NCBI GenBank assembly: GCA_039800025.1
Contig: JBDLRO010000118.1
Coordinates: forward strand, 1 to 26,627
DNA from: Actinomycetota bacterium
GTDB lineage: Bacteria > Actinomycetota > Acidimicrobiia > Acidimicrobiales > Ilumatobacteraceae
Direction of reading: 5' to 3'
DNA: 26,627 bases
The position numbers were made by a program, and so were the translations under genes. This document shows, in pieces, positions 16,871 through 24,136 of this stretch. The notes below the pieces were generated by a model. It was given only the letters and a program-made list of their open reading frames with translations. It was not told the origin of the DNA and made no database searches. How positions within the stretch are numbered: position 1 is the first letter of the stretch; each line of letters starts with the position of its first letter.

Positions 16871-18091
16871 ATGACGATAGACACTGCAGCCGGCGCCCGG
16901 CCCACATTCGACTTGTTGGATCCGGAGTTCTATCGCTCCAATCCCCACGAGTCGTGGGCTTGGATGCGCGTGAACGAACCGGTGTATCGAGACGACCGGA
17001 ACGGATTGTGGGGCGTGACACGCCACAAGGACATCCAGGATGTCGAGCGTCGATCGTCGGTCTTCGTGTCCGGTCTCGGGTATCGCGCCAACTGGTCACC
17101 CGATGAAATCAACATGATCGCCCAGGACGATCCGCGTCATCGCCAGCAGCGAATGCTCATCCAGCCTCATCTGAGTCACAAAGCGGTAGCAGATCGACAG
17201 CCGGAACTGGACGGCCTGGTCGACGAGTTGATCGCCGGACTGATCGATCGCGGTGCTACTGGCGCGGAGATGATCGATGCATTGGCGGGTCAACTTCCAG
17301 CGCGCACGACGTGTCGACTGCTCGGGTTTCCCGAAGAAATGTGGCCGCAAGTCAAGCAGTGGAGCGAGCGCCTGATGCGGATCGACATGATCCATCGTGA
17401 CGGAACGCAGTTCTCCGAGTTCATCGATGCGAATATGCAGTTCGCGTCCGTTCTCGGAATGATCGCCCCGGAAAAGATCGAAGCAGCGGCCAAAGGCTGT
17501 CCGATGAACGATTTCCTCACCGTCTGGTTGACCGAGGCAATCGACGGGGCAACTCTTTCGCCCGAGGCAGTCGTCCACGAGACGGGTCTCTTCATTGCCG
17601 GAGGTGCCGAGACGACTCGTACGGCGATCAGCCACGGACTGCGGACCTTCGTCGACCACCCTGATCAGTGGGAGGCGATGGCAGCGGATCCGAGTCTGGT
17701 TCCCGGAGCTGTCGAGGAGGTGTTGCGCTGGGTGACGCCGTTGAACAATTTCTTCCGTCGTGCGGTCGTCGATTCGGAGATCGCTGGACGACCTGTCAAG
17801 CGCGGAGATCGCATCATCTTGTTGTATCCGTCGGCGAATCGTGACGAGACGGTTTTCGATCGACCGTTCGAGTTCGACATTCGTCGCGGATCGAATCCGC
17901 ACCTGGCATTCGGGTTCGGAACACATCTGTGTGTGGGAAGCAATTTCGCGCGCGCATCGCTGATCACCGTCTTCACCAAGATGTCGCAGGCGGTGACGAA
18001 TCTGCGAGTCGTCGAAGAGATCGATGTCGAGGCGAACATCTTTGCTCGTGCAGTGAAGTCGTTCCGAATGGGTTTCGACCGTCGAGTGTGA
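16871..18091 (+). CDS. Cytochrome P450 (CYP142-like by recalled motifs)
   Basis: I-helix AGGAETT, ExxR EEVLR, heme ligand FGFGTHLCVG. SD AAGGGG before ATG 16871. Confidence 0.95.
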   Translation: MTIDTAAGARPTFDLLDPEFYRSNPHESWAWMRVNEPVYRDDRNGLWGVTRHKDIQDVERRSSVFVSGLGYRANWSPDEINMIAQDDPRHRQQRMLIQPHLSHKAVADRQPELDGLVDELIAGLIDRGATGAEMIDALAGQLPARTTCRLLGFPEEMWPQVKQWSERLMRIDMIHRDGTQFSEFIDANMQFASVLGMIAPEKIEAAAKGCPMNDFLTVWLTEAIDGATLSPEAVVHETGLFIAGGAETTRTAISHGLRTFVDHPDQWEAMAADPSLVPGAVEEVLRWVTPLNNFFRRAVVDSEIAGRPVKRGDRIILLYPSANRDETVFDRPFEFDIRRGSNPHLAFGFGTHLCVGSNFARASLITVFTKMSQAVTNLRVVEEIDVEANIFARAVKSFRMGFDRRV

Positions 18092-18145
18092 CGAACCTAC
18101 GTCTGTTCATCGACGAACTGCCCGCCACAACTCTTCCGGGCGTCG

Positions 18146-18151
18146 TATTCT
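18146..18151 (+). promoter_or_regulatory. Putative -10 box TATTCT (leaderless start at 18158)
   Basis: TATTCT-GAGGCC-ATG. Confidence 0.5.
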
Positions 18152-18157
18152 GAGGCC

Positions 18158-19222
18158 ATGGCAAGAATTCCCCGGATTGTTCCCTTCGTCGTCGGCGTCG
18201 GACTGGTTTCGAGTCTCGTCGCCTGTGGCGACGAGACGTCGACAGAGAGCACGGGCTCGACACCAGTTTCTGCTGAAGAGCCGTGTCCGACGCGTGAACC
18301 CGTCGATGGCCGTGTTCTTCGCATTGCGACGACGGTGGCTCCGATCACGAGTATTGCTGCGAACATCGCATCGGGTACCGGCACCGAAATCCAGGGAATC
18401 GTCCCCGAAGGGACCAACAGCCATACCTACGAACCTCCTCCGAGTGTGGCGGCTACCCTCGAATCGGCTGACATCGTGTTCATCAACGGTCTCGTGCTGG
18501 AGGAGCCCACCAAGAATTTGGCTTTGGCGAATGCCGCAGAGGGTTCGGTGATCTGCGAACTCGGTACCGCGATCTTGCCGCGAGAGGAGTGGATCTTCGA
18601 CTTCTCCTTCCCCGAAGATGGTGGAAAGCCGAATCCTCATTTGTGGACGAACCCACCCATGGCGCTCGAGTATGCCGCGTTGATTCGCGACTCGTTGTCG
18701 GCAGCGGACCCGGACAATGCAGCAACGTATGCATCGAACTACGAGGCCTTCGCAGAAAAGGTGGCGGGTCTGGATGAGGCTCTGCGGAGCGACTTGGAGG
18801 GGCTGGACGAGTCCAAGCGCCAGTTGCTGACCTACCACGATGCATACGCGTACTTCGCGAAGGAATATGGCTGGACGGTCATCGGAGCAATCCAGCCGTC
18901 GTCGTTCGAAGAGCCGACGCCACGAGAGATCGCCGATCTCATCGAGCAAGTCCGATCGACCGGAATCACAGCAATCTTCGGCAGTGAAGTGTTCCCTTCG
19001 ACCGTTCTCGAGCAGATCGGCAACGAGACCGGCGTGCGATACGTGGACGTTCTGCGCGATGACGATCTGATCGGAGCGCCGGGTGACGCCGATCATTCCT
19101 GGCTCGGACTGATGCGGTTCAACTACGTGACGATGATCGAAGCCCTCGGCGGAACGGCTGAGAATCTGAAGGCTCTCGACGTGTCCGATGTCGGACCGGA
19201 CTCCGCCGTCTATCCGCAGTAG
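18158..19222 (+). CDS. Metal ABC transporter substrate-binding lipoprotein (cluster A-I, ZnuA/TroA/PsaA family)
   Basis: Lipobox LVAC. Motifs GTNSHTYEP, PNPHLW, TYHDAYAYF and EPTPREI. Confidence 0.93.
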   Translation: MARIPRIVPFVVGVGLVSSLVACGDETSTESTGSTPVSAEEPCPTREPVDGRVLRIATTVAPITSIAANIASGTGTEIQGIVPEGTNSHTYEPPPSVAATLESADIVFINGLVLEEPTKNLALANAAEGSVICELGTAILPREEWIFDFSFPEDGGKPNPHLWTNPPMALEYAALIRDSLSAADPDNAATYASNYEAFAEKVAGLDEALRSDLEGLDESKRQLLTYHDAYAYFAKEYGWTVIGAIQPSSFEEPTPREIADLIEQVRSTGITAIFGSEVFPSTVLEQIGNETGVRYVDVLRDDDLIGAPGDADHSWLGLMRFNYVTMIEALGGTAENLKALDVSDVGPDSAVYPQ

Positions 19223-19294
19223 TTGCAGCGCTTGACTGGCTCGACGTGATTCCACTCGTTGGGTCGTAGGCGATGAGAGGTCGTGTCCAAGCGT

Positions 19295-19300
19295 TAGGTT
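19295..19300 (+). promoter_or_regulatory. Putative internal -10 box TAGGTT, 7 nt before GTG 19308
   Basis: TAGGTT-GGACGCA-GTG in an 85-nt intergenic gap. Confidence 0.35.
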
Positions 19301-19307
19301 GGACGCA

Positions 19308-20126
19308 GTGATGTCGTCGCCACAGCCGTCGGACTCGTCCGATCTCGTCCAGTTCGATCACGTGTCGTGCTCGTACGGCGGGTCTCCCGTCGTCGAGGAT
19401 GTCGACATCGTCGTGCGTCGAGGCGATTTTCTCGGAATCGTCGGACCGTCGGGTTCTGGCAAGACGACCGTCTTGCGAGCGCTCCTTGGCTCGATTGCTC
19501 CCGTGCACGGTCGAATCAGAAGAAGCCCGGGTCTCCGCCTCGGGTACGTGCCCCAGTTGGAAACCGTCGATTGGAACTTTCCGGTCACTGTCGGAGAAGT
19601 CGTGGCGATGGGACGTCAGCAGAGCAAGTTGTGGCCGACGCTGTCAGCAGATGAGAAGAAGCAGATCTCGAGCATTCTCGAACGACTCGGTCTCGAGGGT
19701 CTCGAACGACGCCACATTCGCGAATTGTCGGGTGGACAACAGCAGCGGGTCTTCCTGGCACGAGCTTTGATGCAAAAGCCCGACATCTTGGTGCTCGACG
19801 AGCCGACTGCCGGTGTCGATGTGCGGACCCGCCACGAGATTCTCCACGTTTTGGTCGATCTCAATGAGGCTCCGCCGATCGGCGACGGCATCACGATCGT
19901 TCTGACGACCCACGATCTGAACGGACTGGCTGCTCACCTCCCGCGCCTCGTGTGTTTCAACAGGACAGTCATCGCCGACGGCCGTCCGAGTGATGTGCTG
20001 CAGCCATACTTCTTGGAACGCACGTACGGTGCCCCCATGGAAGTTCTCCTGCACGGGGGAATGCCCGTAGTTCTGGAACAAGGTGGCGAAGAACTGCGCG
20101 AACGACTCGGGCGTCGTGGAGCATGA
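19308..20126 (+). CDS. Metal ABC transporter ATP-binding subunit (ZnuC/MntA-like)
   Basis: Walker A GPSGSGKT, signature LSGGQQQR, Walker B LVLDEP, H-loop TTHDL. Confidence 0.95.
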   Translation: MMSSPQPSDSSDLVQFDHVSCSYGGSPVVEDVDIVVRRGDFLGIVGPSGSGKTTVLRALLGSIAPVHGRIRRSPGLRLGYVPQLETVDWNFPVTVGEVVAMGRQQSKLWPTLSADEKKQISSILERLGLEGLERRHIRELSGGQQQRVFLARALMQKPDILVLDEPTAGVDVRTRHEILHVLVDLNEAPPIGDGITIVLTTHDLNGLAAHLPRLVCFNRTVIADGRPSDVLQPYFLERTYGAPMEVLLHGGMPVVLEQGGEELRERLGRRGA

Positions 20127-20154
20127 GGGGAAGCATGACCTTCCAGCGGTTCGC

Positions 20155-21024
20155 ATGATGGCCGTCGATCTCCTCGAACCTTTTTCTTTCGCCTTCTTTC
20201 AGCGAGGACTCATCGTTGCAACTTTGGCGGGGGCCTTGTGCGGACTGATCGGAGTCTTCGTCGTCCTTCGAAACATGAGCTACATCGGTCACGGTCTGAG
20301 CCATGCGGTATTCGGCGGTGCAGCGCTCGCCGCCGTCCTGAATCTCAACTATTTCTTGGGTGCGGGAATGTGGGGTCTCGCTTCCGGTTTGATGATCGCC
20401 CAGGTTGCTCGCAAGAGAATCATCGGAGCGGACGCTGCGATCGGAGTCATCACGACAGCCTCGTTCGCAATGGGACTCGCTCTCCAGGCGAGGTTCGGTC
20501 AGGCGAAGCGCAGTATCGATGCAGTGCTGTTCGGGAACGTACTCGGTGTGTTCAACCGTGACATCTTCGCCGTTCTTGCGGTGGGCATCGTCAGTATCGC
20601 CGTCATCGTTCTGCTCTACAGGCGACTCCTCTTCACGACCTTCGATCCGGAGGTGGCTGGCGTCAGCGGTGTGAGCGTCCCCCGAATGGAGGGCGTTCTG
20701 ATGCTCCTTCTGTCAGCGACAATCCTGGTGACGGTCAGAGTCATCGGAGTGCTCCTGATCTCAGCACTGCTCGTCCTGCCTGCTGTCACGGCGCGCATGA
20801 TCACCAATTCGTTCGGGCGCATGCTGTGGCTGTCTCCCGTCCTCGGTGCCGTGTTCGGAGGAATTGGCATGTACGCGAGTTGGTACGCCGATGTCCCGAG
20901 TGGCGCGGTGATCATTCTCGCCGGGACGATCGTGTTCATTGCGGTGTACTCGACTGTCGGTGTTCGACGTCGCGCCCGTGTGGCAGGACTCGATCACCAC
21001 GGATCCTCACTTCGATCCGCGTAG
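20155..21024 (+). CDS. Metal ABC transporter permease (ZnuB/MntB-like)
   Basis: VVLRNMSYIGHGLSHAVFGG, LFGNVLG, FDPEVA and multiple TM helices. Start uncertain (20155 or 20158). Confidence 0.93.
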   Translation: MMAVDLLEPFSFAFFQRGLIVATLAGALCGLIGVFVVLRNMSYIGHGLSHAVFGGAALAAVLNLNYFLGAGMWGLASGLMIAQVARKRIIGADAAIGVITTASFAMGLALQARFGQAKRSIDAVLFGNVLGVFNRDIFAVLAVGIVSIAVIVLLYRRLLFTTFDPEVAGVSGVSVPRMEGVLMLLLSATILVTVRVIGVLLISALLVLPAVTARMITNSFGRMLWLSPVLGAVFGGIGMYASWYADVPSGAVIILAGTIVFIAVYSTVGVRRRARVAGLDHHGSSLRSA

Positions 21025-22287
21025 CTCCCAGGTCGCTCCTTGTGGTGTGTCGTGGACGTCGACACCGAGCTCGACCAGTCGATCGCGAATGAGGTCGGAG
21101 AGGTCGTAGAGCTTGTCCGATCGGACACGGGTGCGAAGGTCGAGGAGAGAATCCACGAACGGGGCGACGATTGCACGTGGGTCGACAAGTCCGGAGAGCG
21201 CCGCATCTCCGAGGCTGACGACCATCGAGCGCAACGTGGCTCGAGCGAAGTCCATGTCGTCGCTCTGCAGGGTGTCGGCAGACCATTGGTGGATCGCGGT
21301 CTCGAGTTCGAGGATCGCTCGCACCGCTGCAGTGGCATCGAGATTGCCCAATGCGGCTTCGAAGGCTGATCGTGCCGATTCGGCCTCGGCTGCCAATGAG
21401 GTACCGAGAACGCTGTCGCCGTCGGAATTCGTTTCCTGTACGAGACCAGCAGGAATGAACACCTGGGTGCTTCCCGGCTCGCGCAAAGCATCGATTGAGA
21501 GTGTCGTTCCTGAGCGGTGTTCGGTGGAGGTTCCCCGAATGCGAACAGTGACCGACCCGTTTCCGACGATCGTCGCCATTCCTCCGTCGACATCGATGAC
21601 GAGCCCTGTGTGTTCGTCGATCCCGATGACGTGGGCATCATCGGGAAGCATGTTCTCCATGACGTCGAGTCGACGCTGACCGAGGTAGCAAAAACGCGTG
21701 TCGTGGTGGCCGCCCTCGGCGTTGTCGAAGTGGGGGATGATCGCAACGTTCAGACCGATTGCAGACAGGACGTCGAGACCATCGAGCCAATGAGGCTCCA
21801 TGCCCACCTTGTAGATCTCGTAGACCGGAACGGTGAACCGCCCGAGAGTCAGCGCTGCCGCCGACGAGAACGTGATGATCCCTCCGCTGCGCATCTTGGA
21901 GGTGAGAATTTCTGGGAGCGGAGTTCCTGTCCATTGGTGGAGCGCGTATGTCGGACTTCCCGGGCCAGCGAAGACGTAGTCGGACTCCCGGACCCGGTTC
22001 AGCCCATGTTCGACTGCCACCTCGTCGACGTCCGACTGTCCGTTGAAATCCACGGACTTGATTCGAGCGAGTCCCGCTGCGCCGACTTCATGGCCGACGC
22101 TCTGTTTGAAGTAATCGATCGCTCGCTGTGCCAATTCGGCTGCATTCTCCTGGAATCCGTAAGGCGTGTCGAGGATGACTCCGCGAGCCTGTGCACCGAG
22201 GCGCGCGAGGAGGTCTCGATGGGTCTTGATCATCGTCGGAGACGTCTCACCCGAACCCATGATGGTGATGATGCGAGGGAGAGTCAT
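21007..22287 (-). CDS. Fusion protein: peptidase S51/class I glutamine-amidotransferase-like hydrolase plus a C-terminal CysRS-like anticodon-binding helical domain (426 aa)
   Basis: N-terminal IMGSGE, FAGPGS, FSSAAA (Ser142), IPHFD (His186), GIDEHT (Glu225). C-terminal LLDLRTRVRSDKLYDLSDLIRDRLVELGVDVHDTPQGATW. True start ATG 22287 overlaps the upstream stop (ATGA). Confidence 0.85.
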   Translation of the reverse strand: MTLPRIITIMGSGETSPTMIKTHRDLLARLGAQARGVILDTPYGFQENAAELAQRAIDYFKQSVGHEVGAAGLARIKSVDFNGQSDVDEVAVEHGLNRVRESDYVFAGPGSPTYALHQWTGTPLPEILTSKMRSGGIITFSSAAALTLGRFTVPVYEIYKVGMEPHWLDGLDVLSAIGLNVAIIPHFDNAEGGHHDTRFCYLGQRRLDVMENMLPDDAHVIGIDEHTGLVIDVDGGMATIVGNGSVTVRIRGTSTEHRSGTTLSIDALREPGSTQVFIPAGLVQETNSDGDSVLGTSLAAEAESARSAFEAALGNLDATAAVRAILELETAIHQWSADTLQSDDMDFARATLRSMVVSLGDAALSGLVDPRAIVAPFVDSLLDLRTRVRSDKLYDLSDLIRDRLVELGVDVHDTPQGATWELRGSK

Positions 22288-23174
22288 CGCAGGAAGCCTT
22301 CTTCGAGGTTGTCGATCAGAACATGAGCGGTTCGCTCGGGGAACTGCGCATGAAGGTCGTGATGTGCGGGTCGAAACCAATGGGCCCGTCCGCACGCAAG
22401 TATCTTCAGCGCTTCGTCGATCGCATGCTCCTTGTTGCGAGTCCAGGAGACATCTCCTGAGTCCGCGGGCAGGAACAGGAGTGGTTGGCCGATCTCGGAG
22501 AACATGGCCGACGGTCGATGCATCCAGAGCTCGCGCAGAATGGTCATGTGGCGGTCGAACGAGAGCCACGGACTGAGAGTCCCATCGTCGTGGTACTGGA
22601 AGTTGGAAAGTGCTCCGATGATTCCGGATTCAGGCCAATCGGCGTTCATCGACCTGATGGCGCTCTCGAGGCGGCTCGCTCGTGTTCCTGCGAGCCGCGG
22701 TGGCTGCAGATGGTTGGCGCAGTCGTCCCACGACGGAAACGACTGTGCGAGTTCGATGAAGCCGCCGTCCACGGCGACCCCGGACGTGAAGACATCCGGG
22801 CGTTGGTGCAGCCCATGAACGGCGATGTTCCCGCCCCATGATTGTCCGACGAGGATCGCGCGCGTGACGCCGAGTGCGTGCACCGCCGAGACGATGTCGC
22901 CAACGACGGTGTCGAAGTCGTAACCGTCGTCAGGTTTGTCGCTGAGGCCGTGTCCTCGCAGGTCGATCGCGACGCTCGAATACCCACGGGCATCGAGGGC
23001 GGCAGCGACGCCGTCCCACATTCGGGCATTCGATGCGAGCCCGTGCACGAGGACGAAGACGGGACCACGTTCGAGGTCTCCTCTGATGAGCGATCTCAGA
23101 GTGGGACCTCCTGGCACGGGGAGTCGTCGATCGACTGCGTCGTTCACGGGGAATCGATCGTACGGCGTTGTCAT
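22284..23174 (-). CDS. Alpha/beta-fold hydrolase
   Basis: HGLASN, DLRGHGLS, GQSWGG nucleophile elbow, C-terminal HHDLH. Confidence 0.92.
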   Translation of the reverse strand: MTTPYDRFPVNDAVDRRLPVPGGPTLRSLIRGDLERGPVFVLVHGLASNARMWDGVAAALDARGYSSVAIDLRGHGLSDKPDDGYDFDTVVGDIVSAVHALGVTRAILVGQSWGGNIAVHGLHQRPDVFTSGVAVDGGFIELAQSFPSWDDCANHLQPPRLAGTRASRLESAIRSMNADWPESGIIGALSNFQYHDDGTLSPWLSFDRHMTILRELWMHRPSAMFSEIGQPLLFLPADSGDVSWTRNKEHAIDEALKILACGRAHWFRPAHHDLHAQFPERTAHVLIDNLEEGFLR

Positions 23175-23227
23175 GAGGTCTCAGTCTGCCGGGCGGTCGG
23201 GGCGATGATGTGCCACGATGGTGTGGC

Positions 23228-24082
23228 ATGAGTGAGGCCGACGTTCAGCAAGTCGACATCGACGTCAAGCTCGAGCGATTGCGCGGGATCCTTGCGGATT
23301 TCGAATCCGTCGTCGTCGCCTTCAGCGGGGGAGCAGATTCCACTTTTCTCGCTGCGGTCGCGAACGAGGTACTCGGGGTCGACCGTTGCCTGTGTGTCAC
23401 GGCGATCTCTCCCAGCCTTGCTTCGTCGGAGCACGCCGAGTGCCGAGACATTGCGGATGAACTGTCTCTGCGATGGCAGCCCGTGGCAACGGCGGAAATG
23501 GAAAACGCCGCCTATCGGATCAATGATCCGGAACGCTGTTATCACTGCAAGGCCGAGTTGATGGACGTGATCGAACCCATTGCGCGAGGCGAGAGAGCAA
23601 CGGTCGTTCTCGGCGTGAACGTGGACGATCTGTCCGACCATCGCCCGGGCCAGCGGGCGTCGATCGAACGCGGGGCTGTGTTCCCACTTCTCCTCGCCGG
23701 TTTCACCAAGAACGACGTGCGCCTTGCATCGCGACGCATGGGTCTGAGGACGTGGAACAAACCTGCGGCAGCATGTCTCGCAAGTCGAATTCCCTACGGC
23801 ACCCCGGTGTCGGTCGAGGTGCTCTCCCGAGTCGATCGTGCCGAAGCTGCATTGAGAGCGTTGGGGTTCGGTCAAGTTCGAGTTCGCCACGATGGCGATG
23901 TGGCGAGGATCGAAGTGCCCGAGGAGGACTTCGCTGGAATCATGGCCGTACGCCGGGAGGTCGTCGAGGCCATGTCCTCGGCGGGCTATGCGTTCGCGAC
24001 ACTCGACCTCGAAGGTTTTCGTTCGGGCAAACTCAACAGAGTGCTCGACGCGAGTTCGTCATCCGGCAGCCCACGCCCATAG
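23228..24082 (+). CDS. larE: LarE-family ATP-dependent sulfur transferase (PP-loop), CxxC-C type
   Basis: PP-loop FSGGADS, RCYHCK, DDLSDHRPG, KPAAACLASRIPYG, QVRVR, DLEGFRSG. Start moved to ATG 23228. Confidence 0.9.
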   Translation: MSEADVQQVDIDVKLERLRGILADFESVVVAFSGGADSTFLAAVANEVLGVDRCLCVTAISPSLASSEHAECRDIADELSLRWQPVATAEMENAAYRINDPERCYHCKAELMDVIEPIARGERATVVLGVNVDDLSDHRPGQRASIERGAVFPLLLAGFTKNDVRLASRRMGLRTWNKPAAACLASRIPYGTPVSVEVLSRVDRAEAALRALGFGQVRVRHDGDVARIEVPEEDFAGIMAVRREVVEAMSSAGYAFATLDLEGFRSGKLNRVLDASSSSGSPRP

Positions 24083-24136
24083 GGTTCAGAGCGGAAAAGC
24101 GGCCGAACCTTCCGAGCCGTAGGGAAAAGGTGGACG

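Noticed and set aside
18092-18157. Zur or DtxR/MntR box upstream of the metal ABC operon
   Set aside because: No AT-rich palindrome is present in this GC-rich gap.
21007-22569. 520-aa version of the fusion ORF, or calling it cysteinyl-tRNA synthetase
   Set aside because: The first 94 codons overlap the upstream hydrolase in another frame and are low-complexity Arg-rich sequence. There is no HIGH/KMSKS catalytic domain, so it is not CysRS.
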